A stretch of DNA of 64,000 bases from Octopus sinensis (lineage: Eukaryota). Shown one piece after another: positions 38,998 to 51,346 of the stretch. The DNA lies in the NCBI RefSeq assembly GCF_006345805.1, contig NC_043011.1, positions 3,162,001-3,226,000 on the forward strand. Reading direction: 5' to 3'. The position numbers were made by a program, and so were the translations under genes. Each line of letters starts with the position of its first letter. Position 1 is the first letter of the stretch. Under the pieces are notes generated by a model, which ran no database searches, had not been told where the DNA came from, and was given only the letters and a program-made list of their open reading frames with translations.

Positions 38998-39407
38998 TAG
39001 GCGTAGGAGTGGCTGTGCGGTAAGTAGCTAGCTTGCGAACTACATGGTTCTGGGTTCAGTATCACTGCGTGGCACCTTGAGCAAGTGTCTTCTACTATAG
39101 CCTTGGGCCAACCAAAGCCTTGTGAGTGGATTTGGTAGACGGAAACTGAAAGAAGCCTGTCGTATATATGTATATATATATATATGAGTGTTTATGTTTG
39201 TGTGTCTGTGTTTGTCCCTCCAACATCGCTTGACAACCGATGCTGGTGCGTTTATGTCCCGGTATCTTAGCGGTTCGGCAAAAGAGACCGATAGAATAAG
39301 TACTAGGCTTACAAAGAATAAGTCCTGGGGTTGATGTGCTCGACTAAAGGTGGTGCTCCCTGCATGGCCACAGTCAAATGACTGAAACAAGTAAAAGAGT
39401 AAAGAGT
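38998..39407 (+). mobile_element. tRNA/CORE-type SINE (type A), inserted in a Dong 3' UTR
   Basis: Type A consensus, with AGTCTT at both flanks. Confidence 0.9.
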
Positions 39408-39409
39408 CT

Positions 39410-41930
39410 TATTTTTATCACTGCACTACCGAGCAAAGATTTGCATACCTTGGCTATGTGCTATGGTTTGTTTTGATGTTATTTTCATTGTACAGAAAGC
39501 GTTTTACATAAGATGTGTGTGGTGCATAGTTGTGCTATTTTTTATATGTTATAATGGCCAATTTCAGAAACATAATTTTATTCTGGAAAAATTAACGATA
39601 GAAATGTTTTGATTAGTCAAAGTATGAGCTGTGAACATCTATGTATCTCTGCCATCGATCAATGAGATTATTTATGCCTCATTGATAAAAATTTATTCGC
39701 TTTGATGCTAAGAAATCTTTGAAAGCTGATTTCACCTCTGGTTTGGACATGAAAGTTTTATCACTTAAAAACGCGTTTAAAAAAATGGTAGTCAGTGCGT
39801 GAAAGATGAGGAGAATATGGAGGATGTGGTAAAGTCTCATATCTCAAGTCTGTGAGTTTCTGCAGCATTATTCTTGCAACATGTGACTTTGCATTATTGT
39901 GGAGCAGAATTGGGCCATGCCAATTCCCCAATGCAGGTCTCATTTTTTTGCAAGTGAGCATCCATTTCAGTGAGTTGATTGCAGTAAACATCTGCTGTAA
40001 TGCTCTGATTGGCATCCAGAAAGCTGTAATGGACAACACCAATTGCAGACCACCAGACAGTCACCATAATCTGTTGCTGATGCAACTTTGGCTTTGGGAA
40101 ATGTTTTGGAACTCATTACAATCAAGCCATTGACCTGATCACTTACGGTTATCATAAAGGATCCACTTTTCGTCATAAGTGACTATTCCGTCAAGAAAAG
40201 GATCATTGGTGCTTCACAGAAAGAGCATCAAGCACACTTCAAAACGCCAAACTTTTTGATTTTCATTGAGCTCATGTGGTATTCATTTATTGAGCTTTTT
40301 CACCTGTACCAATCTTCTGCAGATTCTATTAGACCGTTGCAATACCGACACCAAGTGCTTGAGACATTTCTCTGATACTTTGATGTGGGTTTTGTTCAAC
40401 AATTGCTTTCAACTGTTCATTGTCAAGACCGCATGACCATCCTCTACCTTCTTTATCTTCAAGGCTCTCATCACCACTACGGAATTTCTGAAACCACCTT
40501 CGTACTGTGTGGTCACTTGTGGACCCCTCTCCCTATACTCTGTTGATATTGGCAGCAGTTTGGGAGGCATTGTGCCCAAGCTTGAACTGTTGCAAGAAAA
40601 GTAAGTGAAGGTCCTTTTTTTTATCATAATTAAGGGTGCCTATACTCCAAGAATGTTTTCGGTCTGAATTAAGTAGAAAATAATTAAAAAGCATACATCT
40701 GTTATTAAGTATGTCGAAATTCACCTAAAATATAATTAAAATACTACGATAAAATTACATTTTAAAATACAACACTTAGAGCAGCCATTATTTTCGGAAC
40801 AACCTAATATATATAATTGTAATTCCTGGTGTTTTGGTTATGTACCTGTCTGTATAATTTTTAATCATACCTAATGCATCTTTTATTATTGAAACTGTTT
40901 CTGTTTTTAGACTCCACATTCAAATTCTCTCTATTTCCTGATATTTTTCTTTTTCAGAGTTTCTCTGTTTCTTTTAGAGATACATTGTCATCTGTTGGGA
41001 TTGATACATCGATTAGAAGGCATTTTTTTCTTGATGATCTCTGACAACTATATCTGGTCTTTTAGCCTTGATTTCTCTATCTGCATGTATTGGTATATCC
41101 CAGAGTATTGTTGCTTTGTCATTTTCTGAGACCTTTACTGGGATATTACTATACCATCTTTTTTTCTGTTGTCATTCCATAACGTTGGCATAGCTTCCAG
41201 TGTATATAGGTCACAGCTCTGTCATGCCAGTGGATATACTCCTTCTTAGCCAGAAACAATAGGATTTATTGTTTCTTCCCCATTACCATATATTCTCCAG
41301 TTACTTGTTGGTTTTTCCTTCATTATGTGTTTCTGGTGGTTTCTTGTGGGAGAGATTTTGATCTTGGGCTGCAATTAAAAATTCTTCAGTCTCTGCTTTG
41401 AGAACTGAGTTTCTCAACCATTGTTGGGATTTTACTTTGTCTATTTATTTTCTGTTTAGCTTATGCCAGTTTTTGCCAGGAAAGGGTTTTTCTTGCCATC
41501 ATTTAATCATGGTACTTTGTTGTTCCAGTTTTAGTTTAGATTTCAGTTGCTTTACAACTTTTATTGTTTACTCTTTTTCCTTATAGTTGTCAGGTACTAT
41601 GACCACTTGACCACTTTCTTGTATTTTTTGGTTTTCTTAAAGACAGAAAACAGTTGTTCTGTTTTCTACATGTTTTGTGGTTATTTGTACCAATTTCCCT
41701 TAGTTCTGAATTAGATATTTCTGTAATCTTATGTTGAATATATTATGGTAATTTTCTAGTTGTTTAAGGTCTCTACCATTGTATGTATATAACCTTTTTA
41801 TGCCACATTCTGGGTGATGTGTTCTAAATGCTGTCATTATTTTTCTTGTTTTCTTGTCTAATTTGTATAGTTCATTTAGTGTCCAATTAAGAGTATTGTA
41901 ACTATAACTTACTACTCCGACAGCTAGAGT
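39410..41930 (-). mobile_element. R4/Dong-clade LINE, 5'-truncated at (TAA)n and split by a mariner
   Basis: NTLAVGVVSYS..LNWTLNEL.KLDKKTRKIMT...HHP; KCLLIDVSIPTDDNV; MWSLKTETV..ALGMIK; after the mariner, KIAQLCTTHILCKTLSVQ* near 39490. Confidence 0.85.
39546..40806 (-). mobile_element. mariner transposon (cecropia/Hsmar1-like), decayed
   Basis: FKLGHNASQTAANINR; MVTVWWS; PILLHNNAKSHVA; ETLPHPPYSPHLSRTDYHFFK. Right TIR TTAGGTTGTTCCGAAAATAATGG at a TA. The left TIR is partly lost. Confidence 0.9.
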
Positions 41931-41950
41931 ATTATTATTATTATTATTAT

Positions 41951-42495
41951 TGAGTGAGAGAGCAGTGCATCCCATCAAAGTGGCACTGAGGTGAAATATA
42001 TGAAGCCCAGTATACCTGTCTGAAAAGGGTACACTGGGCACATGCATCACAACTATATGTGTGCAACATGGTGATCTCATATCAAGATAAACAGCACATG
42101 ACCTTGCAGGTGGGGCCCAGTTAGAATTTTCTTCTGGTTGAGTAACCCATCCTGCTCAAAAGGTCCCTGAATAAGGGTTGTTTAAGGATATTGAATGAAA
42201 CACCCATGTTTCCAGAGGTGAATTATTCAAACCCCAAAGAATCCCTCTCAACACATGGCTTTGATGCTCCCCCACTACTTCTGTTCGTGATCAGAGATGC
42301 ACATATCGTCAGCCACCAAGGGACATGCTCAACTGGTTAAGGTCAAACAACTGACAAGCAAATCTGTGGTATTGAGCAGAATATTTACTGTAGCCCATCT
42401 TTTATACCAAGACAAAACAATGTACATGATAACACTTCCAATCAGTTAAGATCAGAAGCCACGAGAGCCACTGCCTGGTACTGCATTATGGCATT
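41951..42495 (-). mobile_element. ~550-bp (TAA)n-flanked non-coding element, copy 1
   Basis: Matches six other copies and is bounded by (ATT)n on both sides. Strand inferred from truncation polarity. Confidence 0.85.
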
Positions 42496-42542
42496 GTTAT
42501 TATTATTACTATTATTATTATAATTATTATTATTATTATTAT

Positions 42543-42576
<34 letters not shown>

Positions 42577-42577
42577 T

Positions 42578-42612
<35 letters not shown>

Positions 42613-42632
42613 TGTGGTGGTGGTGGTGGTGG

Positions 42633-42827
42633 TGGTGACGAGCTGGCAGAATCATTAGCATGCTGGGCAAAATGCTTCGCAGCATTTCATTGCATTCAGA
42701 GTTCAAATTTTGCTGAGGCTGACTTTGCTTTTCATTTTTTGGTGGGTTGATAAATTAAGTGCCTATTGGACACAGAGAATGATGTAATTGACAAGCACCC
42801 TCCCCCAAAATTCCTGGCCTTGTAACC
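42633..42827 (+). mobile_element. tRNA-derived SINE (type B-related)
   Basis: GACGAGCTGGCAGAATC...GAGTTCAAAT head and decayed core. Similar remnant at about 52000-52175. Confidence 0.65.
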
Positions 42828-42850
42828 ATTATTATTATTATCATTATTAT

Positions 42851-43203
42851 TTATGGGTTTTTCTTCTTCTTTCAAATTTGCTTCCATTTCTTTCCAAGTG
42901 TCTTCCCGACTCCTAGGGCAAAGAAACTCATAGTATACATTGGTAGGCCATTAAACTAAACTTAATAGTTCGTTCATTTAAAAAAAATTTTTTTTTAAAG
43001 TTAAATTAAAATACATGTGTAGTAATAGTTCTCACATCGACAATGCTCTTCTCAATACGTGTGATGTACCAGTTAAGACAATCTTTTGCACTTCTTGCAG
43101 GGATGGTAAGCCAGGGATCATTCTCATATACTTTTCGGTTCCCTTCTTGATCATTCCTAGTGCTCCTACAATCACTGGTATTATAACCGCCTTGAGATGC
43201 CGC

Positions 43204-43205
<2 letters not shown>
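42851..43205 (-). mobile_element. R4/Dong LINE extreme 3' end, flanked by (TAA)n on both sides
   Basis: Uninterrupted HLKAVIIPVIVGALGMIKKGTEKYMRMIPGLPSLQEVQKIVLTGTSHVLRRALSM* (stop at 43032-34), followed by a 3' UTR. Confidence 0.9.
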
Positions 43206-43253
<48 letters not shown>

Positions 43254-43275
43254 TATTATTATTACTACTACTACC

Positions 43276-43405
43276 ACTTGTCTGTCTTTGTTGAGTTCAA
43301 AATGAAAAGTGATACATAGAAATTCAAATTTTTGAATTTGAATTTCTATAATTTTGAATTCTTATGTATCTCTTTTCATTTTGAACTGAACAAAGACAGG
43401 CAAGC
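43276..43405. repeat. ~130-bp foldback with ~53-bp arms
   Basis: 43276-43328 aligns with the reverse complement of 43353-43405, with a few mismatches. Confidence 0.8.
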
Positions 43406-43536
43406 TGTCAAAATAACGTTCAAACCAATAAAATATCTATTGTAATCACATCGCACTCTTTGTATTGTCTATTTACTTTTATGAAGAGATACAACAATCT
43501 TTTTAAAATATCATTATAATAGTGATAATAATATTC

Positions 43537-43586
<50 letters not shown>

Positions 43587-43614
43587 CATTATGATTATCA
43601 TTATTATTATTATA

Positions 43615-43664
<50 letters not shown>

Positions 43665-43673
43665 CATTATCAT

Positions 43674-44206
43674 TGAGTAAGAAGCAGTGCATGCCATCAA
43701 AGTGACACTGGTGTAAAATATACAAAGCCCGGTGTACCCATCATGACTACTCATCTGAAAAAGGCACGTGCATCACATCATGGTGATCTCATATCAAGAT
43801 AAACTGTGCATGACCTTGCAGGTGGATCCCAGTTAGAATTTTCTTCAGGTTAAGTAGCCCATCCTGCTTAAAAGGTTCCTAAATAAGGGTTGTTTAAGGA
43901 TGTTGAAAGAAACACAGATGTTTCCAGAGGTGAAGTATCAAAACTCCAAAGAATTCCTTTCAGCACATGGCTATGATGCTCCCCTACTACTTCTGCTCAT
44001 GATCAGAGATGCACATATCATCAGCCACCTTGGGACATGCTCAAATGGTTAAGGTCAAACAACTGACAAGCAAATCTGTGGTATTGAGCAGAATATTTGC
44101 TGTAGCCCATCTTTTATACCAAGACAAAACAATGTACATGATGACACTTCCAATCAGTTAAGATCAGAAGCCACAAGAGCCACTGCCTGGTACTGCATCA
44201 GGGCAT
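43674..44206 (-). mobile_element. ~550-bp (TAA)n-flanked element, copy 2
   Basis: Same ends as copy 1, with internal indels. Confidence 0.85.
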
Positions 44207-44263
44207 TTATTATTATTACCATTATTATTATCATTATTATTATTATTATTATCATTATTATTA

Positions 44264-44312
<49 letters not shown>

Positions 44313-44350
44313 CATTATTACCATTATTATTATCATTATTATTATTATTA

Positions 44351-44382
<32 letters not shown>

Positions 44383-44383
<1 letters not shown>

Positions 44384-44811
44384 GAGTGAGAGAGCAGTTC
44401 ATGCCATCAAAGTGACACTGGGGTAAAATATACGAAGCCCAATATACCCATCATGACTACCCGTCTGATAAGGGTACACCAGGCACATGCATCACAACAA
44501 TATGTGCACGACATGGTGATCTCATATCAAGATAAACAGCACATGACCTTGCAGGTGGGGCCCAGTTAGAATTTTCTTCAGGTTGAGTAGCCCATCCCGC
44601 TCAAAAGGTCCCTGAATAAAGGTTGTTTAAGGATGTTGAAAGAACCACCCATGTTTCCAGAGGTGAATTATTCAAACCCCAAAGAATCCCTCTCAACACA
44701 TGGCTATGATGCTCCCCCACTACTTCTGCTCATGATCAGAGATGCACATATCGTCAGCCACTAGGGACATGCTCAACTGGTTAAGGTCAAACAACTAACA
44801 AGCAAATCTGT
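44383..44811 (-). mobile_element. ~550-bp element, copy 3 (truncated at the inferred 5' end)
   Basis: Shares the TGAGTGAGAGAGC end but stops at CAAATCTGT, running straight into (ATT)n. Confidence 0.85.
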
Positions 44812-44843
44812 ATTATTATTATCATCATTATTATTATTATTAT

Positions 44844-45400
44844 TGAGTGAGAGAGCAGTGCATGCCATCAAAGTGACACTGGGGTAAAATATACGAAGCC
44901 CAGCATACCCATCTTGACTACCCATCTGATAAGGGTACACCAGGCACATGCATCACAACCATATGTGCGCGACAGGGTGATCTCATATCAAGATAAACAG
45001 CACATGACCTTGCAGGTGGGGCCCAGTAAGAATTTTCTTCAAGTCGAGTAGCCCATCCTGCTCAAAAGGTCCCTGAATAAGGGTTGCTTTAGGATGTTGA
45101 ACGAAACACCTATGTTTCCAGAGGTGAATTATTCAAACTCCAAAAATCCCTCTCAACACATGGCTATGATGCTCCCCCACTACTTCTGCTCGTGATCAGA
45201 GATGCACGTATTGTCAGCCACTAAGGGACATGCTCAACTGGTTATGGTCAAACAACTGACAAGCAAATCTGTGGTATTGAGCAGAATATTTGCTGTAGCC
45301 CATCTTTTATACCAAGACAAAACAATGTACATGATGACACTTCCAATCAGTTAAGATCAGAAGCCATGAGAGCCACTGCCTGGTACTGCATCAGGGCATT
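44844..45400 (-). mobile_element. ~550-bp element, copy 4
   Basis: Full length, (ATT)n on both sides. Confidence 0.85.
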
Positions 45401-45423
45401 TATTATTATTACTATTATTATTA

Positions 45424-45511
<88 letters not shown>

Positions 45512-45512
<1 letters not shown>

Positions 45513-45965
45513 TTTATTATCTTAGTGATCATACTCTACGCTTTCCCTGCACAGCTAATTAGCACAGCTTTGTGGGAATAGAGTACAGGTGTTGCGGTAG
45601 TTTGGTTTTATATTTTCTATAGTTTTGACAATACATGATGATATATTTTTCAGTGCCTTGTGGTGATATTACCAATACATTGTGCATGGAATTAGGATTA
45701 CAGATTTGCTGATATATATTGTTATTAATAATTCCCAAGGCAACTATTATTATGCAAATCATTTCCCTTTCCATTCTCTACATTTTTGGTTATCTTTATT
45801 TCCAAATTCTATATAAATATATAGAGATATTTTCTCTAGTTCTTCAAGAGATTTGTTATCCTCTTATATGACTGATTTATCAATCAGCAAACACTTCATT
45901 TTATGTTTGTTTTTATTAGCCATAGCTTCGTCAATTTGAATTGATATATCCCAGAGTATGGTCAC
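45512..45965 (-). mobile_element. R4/Dong LINE C-terminus and 3' UTR with (TAA)n tail
   Basis: VTILWDISIQID..KCLLID; IIVALGII. The UTR runs into the (AAT)n tract at 45400-45512. Confidence 0.7.
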
Positions 45966-46249
45966 CTTACCATTCTCTGATTCCTGCCTCAATTCTCTGT
46001 ATACATGTGTATGTACTACCCCCACCCTCTGCCTACCCACAAACCCCGACTCTACCCCCACCCTCTGCCTACCCACAAACCCCCAACTCTACCCCAACCC
46101 TCAGCCGAACCCACACCCCACCCATGCTTTTCCCACTCTCTCCTCCCCCACCTCCCAACAACATCACACCACACCACACTACACCATACAACATTACACA
46201 TCACAGCACAACACACCACCCACACACGTCCAGACCACTCCAGACCACC

Positions 46250-46560
46250 AGCCCTCTTTCACATGCACATACATACTCTCTTATACACACACGCACCTTC
46301 GTGTTGGGGGTCATCTTTACTTTATCCCCCCAACTTTCCCTCTCGTGTGTGACCCTTCTGTCTGAGTCAGTCACCATGATAGATCATTAGCCACTACACA
46401 CATTTTTTTCTCTCCTTGTTTTTTCTGTGTTCCTTTCTGTAGAAGAGCGTAGGCTCGAAACATAAAGAACTTTTTCTATTCCTGAGCGTTATACTAATAC
46501 ATCTGTTTGTTTTGTACACCACCTGTCTTCGTCTTTTATTTGTTTTGTAAACTCTCCCTG
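46250..46560 (+). mobile_element. Penelope-type terminal fragment with hammerhead-like motif
   Basis: CTGTAGA-A-GAGC-GTAG-GCTC-GAAAC at 46437-46461. The downstream sequence matches 63009-63130. Confidence 0.55.
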
Positions 46561-46762
46561 TATAGACATATGTACATATGTGTGTGTGTGAGAGAGAGAG
46601 GGCATGACTGTGTTGCAGTGTGTGTGTGCATACGTGTGTGTGTATGTCTGAGTCGCTGTGTGTCAGTGTGTGTATGTTTATGCATGTGTGGGTATGTGTG
46701 TATATGTACATGTATGTGTGTGTGTATGTCTGTGTCACTGTGCCTCTGTGTGTGTGTGTCTG

Positions 46763-46920
46763 GAGACACATGGCTTAGTGGTTAGAGTGTTGCACTCATA
46801 ATCATAAGATTGTGGGTTTGATTCCTGGACTAGGTGACACATTGTACTCTTGAGCAAAACACTTTATTTCAAATTGCTCCATTCCACCCAGCTGGCAAAG
46901 GTAAGTAATCCTGCAACAGG
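46763..46920 (+). mobile_element. tRNA-derived SINE (type C), partial
   Basis: GGCTTAGTGGTTAGAG...GGTTTGATTCC head, then the TTGAGCAAAACACTTTATTTC block. Confidence 0.65.
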
Positions 46921-47379
46921 CCACGTAGGAACATATATGCAACAGAATTCAGAAAACCAATCTTTTGAACCTAAGATCTTGGAAAGATCTTTGATACTTT
47001 GTGATATATATATATATATATGTTATGTAACTCCATGTGTCTTCTTTTAATTATATAAATTATTCTAAAACTGTATATTCTTTCAATGAAAACACAGCTG
47101 CCATCATTGATACCTGCTACTCACACCTCAAACTGGATACACTGGCCCAGTCTCAGTTCAATTACTTCACTTCCTCCCCACCCTGGGTTTGCTGCACTGG
47201 CCAAGGAGGTAGACAAACGCCTCATCTTTTCACTCACATTTATCTTAATTTTCCTCCTGTCACGTGCCGATTCACATTGTCATTTGACAACCTTCTACTT
47301 CTACAAATATCCTCTTAAATGAGACAACATAAACACACAAAACAAAATTCTTTGTTATTCTTTATTATTATTATTATTA

Positions 47380-48814
47380 TACTGATCTGCATTTGGGAAT
47401 CTTTTTAAAATCATTATTCTTGGGTTGCTGATTTTAAATATCTAAACCATTTTGCTCTTTCACATAAGGATGTTGAATAAAATACTAATTAATAATAATA
47501 AAAAAAATTGTGAATTTTTAATAAATTGTTACTTTATTAAGATGAAGCAAGTAATCAAGGAAAAGCACACTTTGTTAGTTTTAAGAACACATGTTTTCCA
47601 AATCAACATGAAATGAACCACGTTCGTCTGGAAATGAATCAGAATAATCAAGATCAAACCAAATGAATGTAAAAAATATGCTTCTAATGGTTAGCCTACA
47701 TATTGTTTCAAAGGAAGGAGGACTGCTTTGGTTTCAGCTTGTGTTGTGCACTGGGACCATCATGTCTCAATGACCAGCAGTTATCTGCCATCGTACTGAC
47801 ATTCCATTTGCCCCGGTATCGAGTTTCTATGATGCAAATGTTTGAATGAAATCGCTCTCCCTGTTCCTCACTGTATGTTCAATAGGGCCAGAAATATTTG
47901 AACAAGAAACTAAAGAATCCTCTTTCTCAAAGAACTGAGTGAATCCTGCTTTATAAAGATTGTACCAAGTGAATGTTGTTCCAGGAGCTAGAAGCTTGTG
48001 TTCCTGCAGTGTAGGGCCAAGTAACTGTGCTTCTTTCTTTTGGAAGGTTAAGGTCTCTAACCAAGTCATTGAGTTCAACTTGGTTGAAGAATTTGGGATC
48101 GTCATTTGTTGGTGGCTCCTAGTTTATTTCCATCTCATCAGTATCCCTAGTATCAGACTCTGATGAAATATCCTGTGTCTCAGGTGGCACAGGTAGAGGA
48201 ATATAATCTGAGTGTGGAACAGGTCTTATTGCTGAAGGAATATTTGGGTATATTATGCAATCTTTATTCTTCTTGTTGAATCCAGCTACTTTGTCATACA
48301 AAATCATCATAATGGTTCATCTGCTCCCGCCATACCATTGGTACTCCAAAGGGCATACATTTAAGGTTTCCAAAGGATCATATTTGAAGTTTACTGAAGC
48401 AAATCTTGCAAATTTTGTGAGGTGGAAATGGCTTGTCCTGGTCTCCCAGTTTGCAGCCAGAATAAGCTAAATAGCAGCACTTCAACAAAGGAGTAATATT
48501 GCTCCGGGAATATGAAGGGGTTGAATTGCCTGCAGACATTGCAGAATATCTCTGGTGAATTGATGCAGCTTCTAGACATATTCATAGACTGAAAATAAAG
48601 AAAAATATATTAGACTTAACATTTGAGTCAATATAAGGTAAGCATTTTAATTTATCATTTACTTATGTTATACAAGAAGCGAAAAGTAACGATTCCATAT
48701 AACTTGACAACCTGATGTAATAGAGATGAATAAAAAGTACAATGACTCATTATTTTTCATATATATTCAGAAAAAGATAGCATACGGCCAATACAAAAAT
48801 CATGCAGACCAGTG
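47380..48814 (-). mobile_element. Chapaev3-like DNA transposon, internally deleted
   Basis: Ends TACTGATCTGCAT / ATGCAGACCAGTG (CACTG-type TIR) within TTA repeats. Protein pieces MSRSCINSPEIFCNVC, YPNIPSAIRPVPHS, AQLLG.TLQEHKLL and SEEQGERFH..ETRYRGKW..MADNCW. Superfamily assignment is from memory. Confidence 0.6.
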
Positions 48815-48854
48815 TTGTTGTTGTTGTTGTTATTATTATTATTATTATTATTAT

Positions 48855-50130
48855 TTTATGTTTGACTTTTGCTTTGTATTTGTACAAGTTGACTCTCAGG
48901 TCTCACCCAGAGACTTCAAGAGACAACAAGTTAATAGTTCAAGTTGGTGTTATGCCTAAGGTGTCAGATATTTGGTTTTGCATATAATATTATTCTACAG
49001 AATGTTTAAGAAAACATAAGAAAATTATGAGTTTGAGTTTAAATTTCAGATTACATAGACAGTATTTTATGAAGGATATGGGCAATTCTCATGAGCACTA
49101 TCTTGAATTTCTGCCATTTTAGGTTTTCCTGGTATCTGAGCTAGGTAGGAATCAGCCCTTTTGCTATCATTCCTAGGGCACCTATGACAAGTATTGTTTT
49201 AGTCTTGAGGTTCCACATTTTGCTATTCACTATGTAGAATGTCATCCAGCTCCAAAATCCCTAAATATCTATACCCACTACCATTGGGTTCACCCATGGT
49301 CTCTCCTGATGGTAATCGCAATCCTCTGCAGACTGCTTTCTTCCCTCTTTTCGTATTAAGTACTGAGCATTTGGTAAACCCAAATTCCATACTGATGATC
49401 CTACCACACTTCTGGACTTTTTTTCAGGTTTCCCAAACAATTTCAGGTCATCCATAAACAGAAGATAGTTCAGTGATGGGCCTTTCTTTCCACATCGGTA
49501 ATCCATCTTGACTTTCCTAAAAGTCATTGTTATGTATATTAATGTAACTACAAAAAGTAATGGAGAAAACGAGTCACTTTGGGAGATTTCCCTTTTAATA
49601 TTAACTTCTCCAAGGAATACATTACTTGAATACAATTTGGTTTTCCACTCTTTCATGCTATGCATCAGAGAATTTGTGATGTTGTCATCAACGCCAAACA
49701 TCTGCATTCATTCAACAATCCAAGAATGAGGCCTCATATCATATGCCTTCTTAAAGTCAATCCAAGCTATAGACATGTTTGTATGATGTTTTTTACGATG
49801 CCTCAAAGCTGTTTTATCAATGACCAGGTGATCCTTGGTATCTGAGAACTCTTCTTACATCCTTTTTGTTCCCTTGGTAGTATTTCTTCCTGTGTCAGGA
49901 AAGTGTATGTCTTTGCCACACATATTCCAGTGAGTATGTTCCAGATTATGTTTAGACATGCTATGGGACAGTAGTTTCCCACAATATTTCCCTTTCTTCT
50001 ATCTTTCATTACAAGTGTTGTCCTCCCAGTCACTATCCACGTGGGGTCTGTACCTTTCTGGACACACTCATTCAATTGGGCTGCTAGTTTTTCATGCACT
50101 GTGTGACATCTCTTCTGCTTTTAGTAGAAA
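48855..50130 (-). mobile_element. R4/Dong LINE: RT domain fused to C-terminus and 3' UTR, (TAA)n-like tracts at both ends
   Basis: GRTTLVMKD..GNYCPIACLN; EQKGCKK; SQSDSFSPLLFVV; LLFMDDLKLFG; YRYLGILE, then directly KMWNLKT..IGALGMI. 3' (AAT)n at 48826-48857. Confidence 0.9.
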
Positions 50131-50191
50131 GGATTATAATTATAATTATAATTATAATTATCATTATTATTATTATTGTTATTATTATTAT

Positions 50192-50746
50192 TGAGTGAGA
50201 GAGCAGTGCATGCCATCAAAGTGACACTGGAGTAAAATATATGAAGCCCAGTTTACCCATCATGACTACCCGTCTGATAAGGGTACACTAGGCACATGCA
50301 TCACAACCATATGTGCGCGACATGGTGATCTCATATCAAGATAAACAGCACATGACCTTGCAGGTGGGGCCCAGTTAGAATTTTCTTGTGGTCAAGTAAC
50401 CCATTCCACACAAAAGGTCCCTGAATAAGGGTTGTTTAAGGATGTTGAATGAAACAACCATGTTTCCAGAGGTGAATCATTCAAACCCCAAAGAACCCTT
50501 CTCCACACATGGCTATGATGCTCCCCCACTACTTCTGTTCGTGATCAGAGATGCAAATATCATCAGCCACTAAGGGACATGCTCAACCGGTTAAGGTCAA
50601 ACAACTGACAAGCAAATCTGTGGTATTGAGCAGAATATTTGCTGTAGCCCATCTTTTATACCAAGACAAAACAATGTACATGATAACACTTCCAATCAGT
50701 TAAGATCAGAAGCCACGAGAGCCACTGCCTGGTACTGCATCAGGGC
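50192..50746 (-). mobile_element. ~550-bp element, copy 5
   Basis: Full length, (ATT)n on both sides. Confidence 0.85.
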
Positions 50747-50791
50747 AGTTATTATTATTATTATTGTTGTTATTATTATTATTATTATTAT

Positions 50792-51346
50792 TGAGTGAGC
50801 AAGCAGAGCATGCCATCAAAGTGACACTGGGGTAAAATATACGAAGCCCAGTATATCCATCATGACTACCCGTCTGATAAGGGTACACCAGGCACATGCA
50901 TCACAACCATATGTGCGCGACATGGTGATCTCATATCAAGATAAGCAGCACATGACCTTGCAGGTGGAGCCCAGTTAGAATTTTCTTCAGATCGAGTAAC
51001 CCATCCCGCTCAAAAGGTCCCTGAATAAGGGTTGTTTAAGGACGTTGAACGAAACACCCATGTTTCCAGAGGTGAATTATTCAAACCCCAAAGAATCCTT
51101 CTCAACACATGGCTATGATGCTCCCCCACTACTTCTGCTCGTGATCAGAGATGCAATATCATCAGCCACTAAGGGACATGCTCACTGGTTAAGGTCAAAC
51201 AACTGACAAGCAAATCTGTGGTATTGAGCAGAATATTTGCTGTAGCCCATCTTTTATACCAAGACAAAACAATGTACATGATAACACTTCCAATCAGTTA
51301 AGATCAGAAGCCATGAGAGCCACTGCCTGGTACTGCATCAGGGCAT
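50792..51346 (-). mobile_element. ~550-bp element, copy 6
   Basis: Full length, joined directly to copy 7. Confidence 0.85.

Noticed and set aside
41951-45400. CRISPR-like alternation of repeats and spacers
   Set aside because: Units are ~550 bp separated by microsatellites, the context is eukaryotic, and there are no cas genes.
45290-45400. HDV-like ribozyme or snRNA origin for the inferred 5' end of the 550-bp element
   Set aside because: I could not build the P1/P1.1/P2 nested pseudoknot by hand. The similarity to U2 stem-loop IV (CCTG-ATGCAGTAC-CAGG) and the two short U1-like words further inside are too short to support a claim. A covariance-model search is still worthwhile.
43420-45581. 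Poly-Ile, poly-Tyr and poly-Asn ORFs (also near 30.2, 51.8 and 62.6 kb)
   Set aside because: Translations of (ATT)n tracts.
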